NCBI RefSeq assembly: GCF_036365525.1
Contig: NC_090418.1
Span: 5,309,492-5,373,491 of the forward strand
Source of the DNA: Heterodontus francisci
Taxonomy: Eukaryota
DNA length: 64,000 nt
Direction: 5' to 3'
This document shows positions 23,991 through 36,691 of this stretch, one piece after another (position 1 is the first letter of the stretch; every line of letters starts with the position of its first letter). The position numbers and the translations under genes are program-made. The notes beneath the pieces are model-generated. The model did no database searches and was not told where the DNA came from. It saw only the letters and a list, made by a program, of their open reading frames with translations.

Positions 23991-25603
23991 GCCTTAAAGT
24001 AGCAGTCTGGCCTCCCTATATCACCCCTCCCCCCCCCCCCCCCACCCCCACCCCGGGACCCCCACCTGAGAAGTGTGCATCCAGTGAGCAGTACAGGTAG
24101 CACTGGCTGCACAATGAACAATCGTAATGAGCAGGCAGTGCAGATTTTACATCCTACCTGCATGGGTTTCAGTTGGCACAGGCAGTCACACAGAAACACC
24201 CCTACGTCACACATTTTCACACGTGATTCACTTTCTAAGCCATGGTATCTTTGGGGATATCTGAACTTTAGAATGTTTAAGGGATATCTGGACTCAAAGA
24301 AGTTATGAGGATCTCTGGACTATTAGAATTTTGGGGGGAATATCTGGCCTATTCAGAAATCTGGGAGACACAGCTAGACTAATAATTATTTTGAGAGACT
24401 TGAACTCTTATGGATATCTGGCCTATTTATAATTTGAATCATATCTGGTTAATACTAGCTTGGAGGATATCTGGACTCTTAGAGGTGTTTGGACACTTGC
24501 TTTTAGGATACTGGGTCTGTTAAAACATGTGGGATCTGTGGATTTTTATTTATTTTGGGGCTATCTAGTTTTGGGGGATATCTGGAATAATAGGTTTTGG
24601 GTTTAGCTGAAGTATTCATAGTTTGGGAGATTAATGGACTTTTTGTAGATTCTCTGGATCTTCACGATTTGTTTTTCAGTTTAGTAACTCCTCAGACTAG
24701 TAAATGTTCAATATCAGCCCTGCGATGTGCATTATGCAGAAAAGATGTCTCCAAAAGATGTGTTTCTTTTCTAACAGCTGGCATCACCAAGTTTTGTTTT
24801 TCCTATATTTTTCTTCCCCTCTACTGAAGGTTGCTGCAGGGATAATTACAACACAGAAACAGGCCATTCAGCCCAATTGGTCTGTGCTGGTGTTTATCAT
24901 CCACACGAGCCTCCTCCCATCCTATTTCATCTCCCCTTATTAATATAACCCTCTATTCCTTTCTCCCTCATGTACTCATCTAGCTTCCCCTTAAATACCT
25001 CTAAGCTATTCATGTCAACTCCTCCTTGTGGTAGCTAGTTTCACATTCTCACCACTCTTTGGGTAAAGAAGTTTCTCCTGTATTCCCTATTGGATTTATT
25101 AGTGATTATCTTGTATTTGGACTCCCTTCCCACCCCCCACACAAGTGGAAACATCTATTCTACATCTACCCTAGTAAACGTCTTCATAATTTTAAAGACC
25201 AGGGCACCTCACAGTCTTCTCATTGCAAAAGGAAAGAGCCTCAGCCTTTTCTGGTTTCACAGATGGCCATATGGCTGTCCATAGAGGGGACCATCACCCA
25301 AGCTACTTGAATATTTTATTCGTTGTAACACCAATAATTTTAACAACTGCTTAAAGCAAATTGAGTCAGTTTTGGTGGCTACATGACATGGTGCAACAGG
25401 GCAATAATTAAAAGGTGGGGTTGCAGAATTTGCGCCAGTTTGGATTTGTTCTAGATCTGGAGAAACCAGGGAAAAGGAAATCGCGATAATATATTTGTTG
25501 TAAAATTTGTTGCAGTGAACTATTTGTCTTGCCTCGTGTTCCAATTTGCTGAAAAAAAGAAGCCCCTCAACTTTCAGAAGGATGTACAGCACCAAGAAAC
25601 GAA

Positions 25604-26194
25604 ATGCTGACCTTTCATAGCTTCCGCGTCAAATTGAAAAGACTGGTAGCTGGAGAAGTGTGTGGGTTGAACGCCAAAGAAGGGACTATTGTGGCTGGAC
25701 TGTTCATGTTGATGGTATCCATCATGCAGCTCATCTTTGAAGTAGGGCATTTGCGTCATTTCAAGACCATGACAAATGCCGGCTCCGCAAATAATAGCAC
25801 AAATCGATATTCCAGTCAATTATTCTGCATCGGATCAATTGCTTTTATCTGTATGACCTTCATTGCAGTTTTTCTCTTGTTCCTATCTATCTGGAAGGAG
25901 AAATTCTGGGGCGTAGGAGGCTACATCATTTGGATATTCATTTATGAGCTTGCACAGATTTGCTTCCTGGCTACCGCATTGCCTTATCAGGTTGAGCTCC
26001 CAGATAGTGTGCGAGCGCTGGAATGGTTTGGGCTCACCATGCGCCTGATTTCGCACATTTTCTGGCTGATGTTTGTGACTGTACATGCAATCGACTTGTA
26101 CAAAATCAGCAGGAATGCTGATGATCCCTTGAAAAGCACGCGGATGACTCCACCAAAACTCAAGTTTGCAAAGGTCAAGGAGCTGGCCATGTAA
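25604..26194 (+). CDS. TMEM217: TMEM217-like four-TM membrane protein (196 aa), single coding exon
   Basis: Motifs CGLNAKEGTIVAGLF..MQLIFE..HL, YIIWIFIYE and VRALEWFGLTMRLISHIFWLMFV align by eye with human TMEM217 ([56 protein letters not shown]). Four hydrophobic segments. Acceptor ctttcag at 25577. Confidence 0.85.
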   Translation: MLTFHSFRVKLKRLVAGEVCGLNAKEGTIVAGLFMLMVSIMQLIFEVGHLRHFKTMTNAGSANNSTNRYSSQLFCIGSIAFICMTFIAVFLLFLSIWKEKFWGVGGYIIWIFIYELAQICFLATALPYQVELPDSVRALEWFGLTMRLISHIFWLMFVTVHAIDLYKISRNADDPLKSTRMTPPKLKFAKVKELAM

Positions 26195-26838
26195 TGGTGC
26201 CCCGCAGTCTGTGTGGTCTGGTGACATCCCTTCTTTGGCAAAGAAGCGTTGCTGCAAGTCATATCGGGCCTTTTCCAGTCAGCTGTCCCACAGACACCGA
26301 CGGTCAGGTCAACTCCATTTCAGTTGACACACAATGATATCCTCACAGAAAGATTAAAGCTGCAATGTCATCAAGGGTCCAGCATTTTAATCTGTAGTGG
26401 ATTATTGGGATGTTAAACTGGCAGACTTTAAATGATAGGCTCGAAATTCTACTATCAACCCCGCCAATTAAGGAGCTGCATGTAAAAATAAAGCTCTTTT
26501 CCCCAAACAGAGAACCACTTTTTCTCCATTCCCAAGATTGCATTCCCACCAGCCTTTTCTCCAAATTGTATTCCGTACAGGACAGTAACAAATGCAATAC
26601 GCTCATTGGCATCATTCAGATAGTCTGAGATGTACTAGAGCATATATATGAAAAATAAGTGTAAATATGGATGTATATTATATATTTTACAGCATTCTCA
26701 AGAGCGATAAGGGTACAATATATTTTTGATTTTTTAAAAACACTGTAGTAAATGAAACATTTTATATAACTCCAGTTGATGCTATAGACCAATTGTACCC
26801 CTTTTAAAAAAATTAAGTTGTTACAATTAATAATTCTT

Positions 26839-26880
26839 ATTAAAAAGTTAACATTTTGTTTAGTTCTGTCTTTTTATCCA
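26839..26880 (+). terminator. Putative polyadenylation signal of the TMEM217-like gene
   Basis: ATTAAA at 26839-26844 followed by GU/U-rich ttttgtttagttctgtctttt, after an AT-rich 3' UTR. Confidence 0.5.
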
Positions 26881-29800
26881 TTTTTTAGTTTGCTTGAAAA
26901 GTGGGAGTTAGCTCCTAAATAGCCCAGTTGGTGAAGCCAGCACAGGAGGCCATTTAGTCCTTGAGCCTGTTCTGCTATTCAATTAGATCACGGCTGATCC
27001 ACCTTGCTTCCAGAACCCTTAATACTCTTGCCTAACAAAAAAAATCTACCAATCTCAATTTAGAAATTTCAATTGGCCCCCTCCCCTTCTACTCCTCCCC
27101 CTCTCCCCAACCTCAACAGCTTTCTGGGGGGAGGGGGGAAAGTTCCAGATTTCCACCACCCTTTGAGCTTCCTGACATCACCCGTTGAAAGGCCTAGCTC
27201 TTAATTTCATGTGGAACTGTACCCCAGATCTGAGAAAACACTGAATCCAGATTTCACAATCACTGAGAATCGGCTTTGAATAATCACAGAGTTTGGTAGT
27301 ATATGGGACCTCAAGCATTAAATACTTTAGATATACCGTTTTCAAACTGTACTAATCATATTCTAATGCCATTTCCCAGACAATATGGGGGTTAGTGTTA
27401 GAAATGGTAGAAGAATGTACATATTAAAAATATGTCTTGCAGATGTTAATGATGTGATCAGGCAGATCACATGATGCATTCCAGAAGATGAATCCAAAGG
27501 CCCTTTTTGCACTGTTATTACAGTCAGTTGAAAATGTCACTGCATATCCCTCAGTCCACAGCGACATAGGAATAGGAGGAGACCATTTAGCTCCTCAAAT
27601 TTGTTGTCATTCAATGAGATCATGGCTGATCTGTGGCCTAACTCCATATACCCGCTTTTATCCCACATCTCTTAATACCTTTGGTTAACAAAAATCTATC
27701 AATCTCAGATTTTAAATTAACAATTGATCCAAATCAATTGCGGTTTGCGGAAGAGAGTTCCAAACTTCTACCACCTTTTCCATGAAGTGTTTCCAAATTT
27801 ATTCCTGAAAGGTCTGGCTCTTTTTTTTTAAACTATGGCCCTTAGTCCTAGACTCCACAATCAGTAGAAATACTTTCTCCTAATCTAGGCCAGCGAGGAA
27901 AGGGGCAGGAGAGTCTCCATGCGTTGCCGAGTTTTCCCCCACTCGCTATAGACCCATTTAATATCTCACAGGGTACATGAACTTTCAATTTTGTTTTGCA
28001 GTTAGATTTATTTTTGAACAAAAAGTGGTGTGACTTGTAGCTCTGTTATCTCAACATGTTTGTGTAAAATAATTAAAATCGATAATTTATTTTTATAAAA
28101 TGTTACATCCGTCAACTTTTTCCAATTATAAATTCCCATATCCACATCTACAACCTCCGCGCAGTGTGGGTACTGCATGCAGTACCACCACTGGTGGGAG
28201 AGCACAATTACAGCATAACAAGTTTTATCAAGTCACTTCCCATTATAAATGTGGACAGGAATTTAAAATTGAAATATGAAAATAGAGACTGAACGTATCA
28301 CTTCAAGATGGTGACTAAATATAATCTGTATATGCCCTGGTTTAATTTATGCCTCAAGCTCCAACCCACTTCACATGAAGACTGCACTCAGTTTTGACTC
28401 ACCGTATGCAATACCACAGATCAGCGAGACATAAACAGTGGTACAGAGTACAGAAGCAAGGAAGTTATGTTCAACCTTTATAAATCACTGGTTAAGCTTC
28501 AGCTGGTGCATTGGGTCCAATTGTGGGCACCACACTTTAGGATGGATTGTCAAGTCCTGGGAGGAGATTTACCAGAATGGTACCAAGGTGAGGGACTTCA
28601 GTTGATGTGGTTAGACTAGAGAAGCTGGGATTATTATCTTTGGAGAAGGGTAAGGGGAGATTTAATAGAGGTGTTCAAAATTATGGGCAGGATGGTGGGA
28701 CGTGGGGGGTGGTGGGTGAAGAAATTGTTTCCACTGGTAGGAGGTAATTAGAGGACACATTTAATGTAATTGGGAAAAGAAACAGAGGGGAAACAAACAT
28801 TTATTTTTACACAGTGAGTTGTTGTATTCTGAAATGTGCTGCCTGAAAGGGCGGTGGAAGCAGATTCAATAGCAACTTTCAAAAGGGGAACTGGATAAAT
28901 ACTTGAAGGGAAAAGAAAATTGCAGAACTGTGGGGTAAAGGAGCAGGAGGGGGTGGAATTAATTGGACAGCTCTTTCAAAGAGCCAGCACAGGCAAGGTG
29001 GGCCGAGCATGGTGGGGTGTGGGACATATCTGCTCCCAATATGATACCCCAAGAGGACCAATGAAAAATAGTACGAGTATTCACACAATTTAGGGTTCAC
29101 ACTCGATCCGTTCTACCTCAAATCCGTTGCGAACCCACATGCCACCATTGTCTAGGTGGATCCAAAAGATTAGCTTGAACTGTTTAAAATTCACAGCAAA
29201 CTTTTTGACGTGTTCCAGTAAGGCAGCTGCCCCTACCCTTCCGCCTGCTGATGTAGATTAATGTTGGAAGAGATGTTTTGCAGGTGTAATTACCCACTTA
29301 TGAGAGAGAGAGAAATCTACTTTCACTGAGCCTTGGGTCAATTAGCCTGCAATAGATAATAACTAAAGTATTAGACAGGCTGGTAGAAATGGCAGACACG
29401 TGACAGATGAAATTTAATGCAAAGAAGAGGGAAGTGATACATTTTGGTAAGAAGAATCAGGAAAGGCAACATAAAACAAAGAATGCAATTCTAAAGGGGG
29501 TGGAGGAGCAAAGGGAGCTGGGAGTATGTGCACAAATTGTTGCTGAAGGTTGAGGAAGTGGTTAATAAGGCCTACAGGATCCTGGGCTTTATAAATAGAG
29601 GCATAGAGTACAAGACAAGGAAGTTCTACTGAACCTTAATAAAACATTGGAGTTGGCCTCAACTGGAGTATTTCATCCAATTCTGAGACTTTAGGAAGGA
29701 TGTGAAGGCATTGGAGAGGGCTAAGGAAAGATTTATGAGAGTAATTCCGGGGATGAGAGATTTCAGTTACGTGGGTAGACTGGTGCAGCTGGGACTGTTC

Positions 29801-30244
29801 TCCTTGGAGAAAAGAAGGTTGAGAGGAGATTTGATAGAAGTTTTCAAATTCATGAGCTATTTGGACAGAGTAGGTAGGGATAAACTTCCCATTGGCAGAA
29901 GTATCGAGAACCAGAGGGCACCGATTTAAGGTGCTTGGCAAAAGAGGCGACATGAGGAAAATCTTTTTTTACGCAGCGAGTGGTTAGGATCTGGAATGTA
30001 CTGCCTGAGAGTGTGGTAGAGGCAGATTCAACCATGGCTTTCACAAGACAATTGGCTAATTATCTGAATAGAAAAGATTTGCAGGGCTACAGGGAAAAGG
30101 TGAAGGACTGGGACTAGCTGAGTTGCTCCTGCAGAGAGCTGGCATGGGTAGAATGGGCCGAACGGCCTCCTTCTGTGCTGATTCTATGTTGGGACCAGTC
30201 TCTAATCAGTGCTGACATGTAGACTGCAGCCTAAAACACTGTCT

Positions 30245-30278
30245 CAAACCAGAAAGAACAACCAGACACTTTTTTAAT
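30245..30278 (-). terminator. Putative polyadenylation signal of TNFSF13
   Basis: ATTAAA on - (30278-30273) followed by GU-rich gtgtctggttgttctttctggttt. Implies a ~1.3-kb 3' UTR. Confidence 0.5.
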
Positions 30279-31545
30279 ATATATATTCAACTGTAAACAT
30301 CAACATTTTTATCATCCTATGAAACCTAGTAACATGTGTACTGTACAGAAATACAACCATTCTGTGCCATAGTGATAACAGTAAAAAATAGCAACACATA
30401 TACAGAGAAATGGCAACAGGGACACAGATAGGAAATAACACAAAAAAAGTTAACTGGAGGAACAGAAGGAGTTTTCAGGTTGTATTGTTCTCGAATTCTG
30501 ATTTTATGATTCAAATAAAGGAATTAAAGACAAATTTTCAGGTCATTGCTGTAAGCAAAACCAGTAGAAAAATCACAGCGGCTTTAAAAGAATGATGGTT
30601 TAAAATTTTTTCGGGGGAACGTTTAGTTTTTCAATAATGAAGGTATCTGAGATGGGGAAAACAAGCTGTTTGTCTGAGAGTCAAGAATCATCCAATTGGG
30701 CAGCAAAGATTGTTCGCTTTCGATTGGCTGTGAGAAGGCGGGACATAATGGGGATGGACAGTTTGGGCATCCAATGGCAGGTTTGTTGATTGGAGGTCAT
30801 GTGATGACACTTCCTGGAATACATCCAACCAGAGTTGACAACCCTCGAGTGCCAGGTGACACTTACACCAGATTTTACAGTCATACTTGCCATCTCTACT
30901 TGTACCTCTTTACTCATTCGCTACAGCTCCCAGTGACCAGGGTCACCGTACAATCACCAATTCAACAATCTTCTAGTTCTGGATTTTAGAACTTCCCAGT
31001 GATTTTCCTTTGGGGGAATTGATTGGGAGTCAGTAGCAAGAGGCTCCACTCACCTAACTCCCTACACACCACTATCATTGGGAGCAGAGGTGGATGTCAA
31101 GCTGAAAGCAGGGTCAAAGGTCATGATCTAAGAGTTAGGGTTTTTAAAAGAGGCTTTTGGAGGTCAGATGATAGGTGATGAATGTGATTTGGAAGAGAAT
31201 TCTCAAGAATCTTGGACTGCGGTTTGAAAGTGGTGGTGCGGATAGAATGTGAATGAGGTGTAATCCAGAGCAAGGAGAAGAGATGGTGCAGGATGGAGAG
31301 TACAACTCGATGTAGCTTCGTGATCAGCTATGATCTCACTGAATGGCGGAACAGGCTCAAGGGCGCTGAATGTTCCTTTCTAACTGGGGAAATTTGAAGA
31401 TAAGGACGAAAGAGCTTGAAATTGATTCACTAGAGCTTAGAGGAGCCAGCGGAGATTGTAATGGGACAATAAAAAGCAAGTCCAAGATACACAGATGGCT
31501 GCTGTTGGGGAAGGTGTCATGTGAAAGAGACCTTCAGTAGTTAGG

Positions 31546-31655
31546 TCACACCTGCAGCAGCCCCATGAAAGTCGAGTCTTTCTCCATGACAATGTTTGCA
31601 GAGTTACGAGGGATCACCAGTTCTATGATATCCCCTTTCTGTAGCCTATAGATAC
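31546..31655 (-). CDS. TNFSF13: TNFSF13 exon 6: (G)IYRLQKGDIIELVIPRNSANIVMEKDSTFMGLLQV*
   Basis: Acceptor ctctttttgaag, phase 1. TGA at 31548-31546. Confidence 0.92.
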
Positions 31656-33269
31656 CTTCAAAAAGAGAACACAAAAAATATATTACCTTTGCTGTAGAAT
31701 GGAATAGATGCATTTCAGGAGAGGCTAGATAGGTATACAAGGGAGAAGGGAATAGAGGGTTATGCTGTTAAAGTTACTTGATGAAAGACTGGGGGGGGAG
31801 ACTCGAGTGGAGCATAAATGCCAGCATGGGACGAATAGCCTGTTTCTTTATATTCTATGTAATTCTATGTAAAACTATGCTGATTAGGAACATAGGAATT
31901 GCTACAAAATTCAGGATGACATAGGAACATGGGAACAGGAGGCCATTTAGCTCCTTGAGCCTGTTCCGTCATTCAATGAGATCATGGCTGACCTGTGACC
32001 CAACTCCGTATACCCGCCTTTGCTTCATAAACCTTAATACAAAAAATCTATCAATCTCAGATTTAAAATTAACAATTGATCTAGCATCAATTTGCCATTT
32101 CTGGAAGAGAGTTTCAAACTTCTACCGCCCTTTTGTGTGTAGAAGAGTTTCCTAATTTCACTCCTGAAAGGCCTGGCTCTACTTTCTGGGCTATGTCACC
32201 TAGTCCTGGACTCCCCAACCAGGGGGAATAGTTTCTGTCTATCCACCCTTTTCCTTAGTTGAAAACTTCAATCAAATCACTCCTTAAATCACTTCTAAAT
32301 TCGAAGGAATACAACCCTAGTTTGTGTAATCTCTCCTCATAATTTAACTCTTCATGTCCAGGTAAATCTACACTGCATTCCCTTCAAGGCCAATATATCC
32401 TTCCTAAGGTTTGGTACCCAGAATTGAACAATCCAGATGTGATCTATAGTGTATAGCCAACACTCCCAGCGCAGTGCTGAGGGAGTGCTGCACTATCGAA
32501 GGTGCCATTTTCCAGTTAAACCGAGGCCCTGTCTGCCCTCTCATGTAAAAGATGCTCTGGTGCTATTTCAAAGAGGAACAGAGGAGTCCTGTCCAATATT
32601 TTACCCAATCAACATTGCTAAAAATAAAGCAGATTATCTATTAATTGATCACATTTTCATTGCTGTTTGTGAGATGTGTGCAAACTGGTTGCTGCATTTC
32701 CTATGTTACAACAGTGACTACACCTCAAAAAGTATGTAATCAACTGTAAAGAGATTTAGGATCTCCTAAGGTGGTGAAAGGTGCTACAGAAATGCAAGTC
32801 TTTCTTTTTGAAAGTCTAAATGTACAATAACAGGATGCAATGCAAACAGGTGGGTTAAGAGTTGTCATCTTGTGACACCATTACTGTGTTTAAGACAATA
32901 AAAGTATTCGCTAGGGTGGATAGAGAGAAACTATTCCCTCTCGTGTGGCGAGTCCAGACCAAGGGGGCAGAACCTTAAAATTAGAGCCAGGCTGTTCAGG
33001 GGTGATGTCAGGAAGCACTTCTTCACACAAAGGGGAGTGGAAATCTGGAACTCTCTCCCCCCGAATAATGTCGAGGCTGCAAGTCAATTGAAAACTTCAA
33101 AACTGAGATTGGTAGACTTTTAAGGGATATGGAAATAAAGCGGGTAGATGGAGTTGATACCGATCAGTCATGATCTTATTGAATGGCAGAACAGGCTCGA
33201 GGGGCTGAATGGCCTCCTCCTGTTCCTTTGTTCGAGGATTGATGTTCTAATTTATCATTTACTCCTCAA

Positions 33270-35555
33270 AATACAGTAAAGAAGTCTTGCTGCAATTATA
33301 TAGGGCTATGGCGAGATCTCACTTGAAATACTGTACACCATTTTGGTCTCCTTACCTAAGGAAGCATATATTTGCCTTAGAGGGGATGCAACAAAGGTCC
33401 CTCAACCATGTCCGACCCGTTTCCCGCACTTCTGCTCTCAGCCTTTCCCTCCCTCCCAGAACCGTGATAGGGTTCCCCTTGTCCTCACTTTCCATCCCAC
33501 CGGCCTCCATGTCCAAAGGAACATCCCTCTGCCATTTCCGCCACCTCCAGAACGATACCACCCCCAAACACATCTTCCCCTCCCCTATCAGCATTCCGAA
33601 GGGATCGTTCCCTCCCTGGTCCACTCCTCCATCAGCCTCAACACCTCATCCCCTTCCCACGGCGCCTACCATGCAATCGTAGCAGGTTTAACACTGCACT
33701 TTTACCCCCTCTCTCCTCACCGTCCAAGGCCCCAAAACTCCTTCCAGATGGGTTCGCGATTTACTTGTATTTCCTTCAATTTAGCATACTGTATTCACTG
33801 CTCACAATGTGGTCTCCTCGGCATTGGGGAGACCAAAGGCAGATTGGGTGACCACTTTGTGGAACACCTCCGCTCAGTCCGCAAGCATGACCCCGAGCTT
33901 CCAGTTGCTCGCTATTTTAACTCACAACCTTGCTCTCACGCCCACATTTCTGTCCTTGGCCTGCTGCAGTGTTCCAGCAAAGGTCACGCAAGCTTGAGGA
34001 ACAGCAGCTCACCTTCTGATTAGGCACTTTACAGCCTTCTGGACTCAACATTGAGTTTAACAATTTTATAGCATGACTCCCATTTTTATTGTTTTTTTTT
34101 ACCATGTGCCGTACTTCTTGTTTTTACTTTTGGACAGAGCTGTTCATTATTCTGCCATTACCACTCTCTCTGGACTAATGCTTTTTTTTTAACTACCATC
34201 ATTACCACTCCCTTTGCCTTTTGTTCCATGACATTCTTGTAATTTAATCTCCTGCCCTCCATCCTATCACAGACCTTCCCTTTCGTTCTTCTCTCCACCA
34301 CCCTGTGCCACCGCCCCCCCCCCACCCCCCCCACTCCTTCATGTGCTCAAAACCTATTTCATTTCTAACCTTTGCCAGTTATGATGAAAGGCCATTGACC
34401 TGAAATGTTAACTCTGTTTCTCTCTCCACAGACCTGCTGAGTATTTCCATCACTTTCCGTTATATTGCAACAAAGGTTCACTAGATTGATTCTTGGGATG
34501 AGAGGATTGACTTATAGGAACATAGGAGCAGGAGTAGGCCATTCAGCCCATTGAGCCTGCTCCACCATTCAGTATGATCATGGCTGATCATCCACTTCAA
34601 TGCCTTTTTCCCACACTATCCTCATATCCCCTTATGTTATTGGTATTTACAAATCTGTCAATCTCTGCTTTAAACATACTCAATGACTGAGCTTCCACAG
34701 CCCTCTGGGGTAGAGAATTCTAAAAATTCACAACCCTCTGAGTAAAGACATTTCTCCTCATCTCGGTCCTAAGTGGCGTCCCCCTTATTTTGAAATTGTG
34801 TCCCCTGGATCTAGACTTCCCAAACAGCGGAAACATCTGGGCTGCACCCACCCTGTCTATCCCTTTAAGTATTTTGTAGGTTTCAATGAGATCACCTCTC
34901 ATTCTTCGAAACTCTACAGGCCCAGTTTCCCCAATCTCTCTTCATAGGACAGTCCCGCCATCCCGGGAATAAGTCTGGTGAACCTCTGTTGCACTCCCTT
35001 TATGGCAATAATATCCTTCCTAAGGTAAGGGGACCAAAACTGCACATGTTACTCCAGGTGAGGTCTAACCAAGGTTCTATACGATTGAAGCAAGACTTCA
35101 CTACTCCTGTACTCAAATCCTTGCGATAAAGGCTATGAGGAGAAATTGAGTAGAATGGGTCTGTAATTCTCTGAAGTTTAGAAGAATGAGAGGTGATCTC
35201 ATTGAAATGTATAACATTCTTAGAGGGCTTAATAGGATAGATGCTGAGAGATTGTTTACTCTGGTTGGAGAGTCTAGAACTAGGGGTCACAGTCTCAGGA
35301 TAAGAGGTCAGCCATTTTGGAGAAGTTTCTTTGCTTAGAGAGTTGTGAATCTTTGGAATTCTCTACCCACACAGTGGATGCTCAGTCACTGAGTATATTC
35401 AAGACTGAGATCAATAGATTTTTGGATGCTAAGGGAAATCAAGGGATAGGATGAAAGTTGGAGTTGAGGTAGAAGGTCAGCCTTGATTTTATTGAATGGC
35501 GGAGCAGGCTCAAGGGGCTGAATGGTCTCCTCCAGCTCCTATTTCTTATGTTCTT
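33270..35555 (+). mobile_element. CR1 3' fragment carrying two nested insertions (Penelope 33399-34465; - strand CR1 ~34515-35132)
   Basis: The CR1 reading LQLYRAMARSHLKYC..FWSPYLRK..LEGMQQR is interrupted, resumes at 34478 (ttcactagattgattc) and resumes again at ~35133. Confidence 0.8.
33399..34465 (+). mobile_element. 5'-truncated Penelope-like element with degenerate GIY-YIG endonuclease and 3' pLTR
   Basis: DRVPLVLTFHP...FTCISFNLAYCIHCSQCGLLGIGETKGRLGDHFVEHLRSV...PVARYFN. 12-bp TSD TGCAACAAAGGT at 33387-33398 and 34466-34477. Mutated hammerhead at ~34376-34416. Confidence 0.9.
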
Positions 35556-35824
35556 ATGATAGGGTTCACAGCATTACAAATAGATATTCAAGGATGGATT
35601 AAGCGTATGATAATAACTATGATTGCTGATAATTTAAACATACACTTAACAACAGCACTTACAGAAAGAAACTTAAGTTTTTAACCGGAGAATCCACACG
35701 CGTTAACATGAAGATTGTCAAATGATCATCAAATTCTGTCGTCTCTGATTAACCCTTCGCTAACACTACGTTAGTCTGAACCTCCACTATACAGTGAGTG
35801 CCGGCGGTTTTGGCATTCCCTGTA

Positions 35825-35840
35825 TGCACCACCTGGTGGA
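35825..35840 (-). promoter_or_regulatory. CTCF-like motif
   Basis: The - strand reads TCCACCAGGTGGTGC, close to the CTCF core. It sits in non-repetitive, CpG-containing intron sequence. Confidence 0.4.
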
Positions 35841-35974
35841 TTTAGATTAGACTTCATGTTCAAATGGGAATAGGTTGCAAATAGTTGTCCTCAGTGTATT
35901 TTCCCTCTGAAAACCAGCGACTAAATGTGAGATGCTATGAATGGTACACCTTCTATACTGCAGGCTGCACTTAC

Positions 35975-36116
35975 CTGCACTGTAGCAAGTGTTGAAGGGC
36001 TCCTTCTCCGGCATATTCTGTGTGCATCTGAGCAGCGTTTCCTCATTCTTCTGCCTTCCGTGTTCCTTTCTCTTCACGACATGACCCATGACAAACGTCT
36101 GGTCCCGATACAGGAC
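35975..36116 (-). CDS. TNFSF13: TNFSF13 exon 5: VLYRDQTFVMGHVVKRKEHGRQKNEETLLRCTQNMPEKEPFNTCYSA(G)
   Basis: Acceptor ctgtttgcccag, donor GTAAGT, phase 0/1. Conserved disulfide cysteines. Confidence 0.93.
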
Positions 36117-36578
36117 CTGGGCAAACAGGGAAAGAATTGGAATGTCCCAGTCAGTGTTGGAGTTGTACCGGACCCCTCCCCACCACTCAACTCATAACTA
36201 TCTGGGCCCTTTCTTAAAAGGAGGAATCTCAACAAGACCGACCTCAGCTCACCTGAGCCAGGTGGGAGACATCGGCCTAGACCAAAACGCTTCTTCTTGA
36301 ACTGAATGCTGGGCTGGTTTGTATATTCAGAGATCTGCCACACGGCAGGAAAAAAAACCATATAATTCCAAAGGTAGTTTTAGACATCTCTTCTGCTCAC
36401 ACTTTCTACGCTTGCCTTCTGTTCTGGGTGGGAATGTTGTGGTGTCTGGAGGGGTTGGTGATCCCAGGCTTAGAAACACACAGCACAGAAGGGAGCCGAT
36501 AAAAGATCTTTGAACTGACCGACATTGGATATGCCATGGTGCGACAGCAAGCAGAGCAGGGAAGAGCATTTTCCATAC

Positions 36579-36691
36579 CTGGGTATAAATGAAATAGTAA
36601 CCATTCCCTTTAATGGTGATAGTGCTGTTCTTCTGTTCAAAGGATTCACCAGTGTCTAAGATCTTCTGCCAGTGAATAATGGTACTGTCAC
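36579..36691 (-). CDS. TNFSF13: TNFSF13 exon 4: (G)DSTIIHWQKILDTGESFEQKNSTITIKGNGYYFIYTQ
   Basis: Acceptor cttgttacag, donor GTATGG, phase 1/0. Contains the TNF signature GxYxIYxQV. Confidence 0.93.

Noticed and set aside
17640-31500. TP53 next to WRAP53
   Set aside because: No p53 DNA-binding-domain motifs were recognised in the ORF track or by reading. Small exons could have been missed, but nothing supports it.
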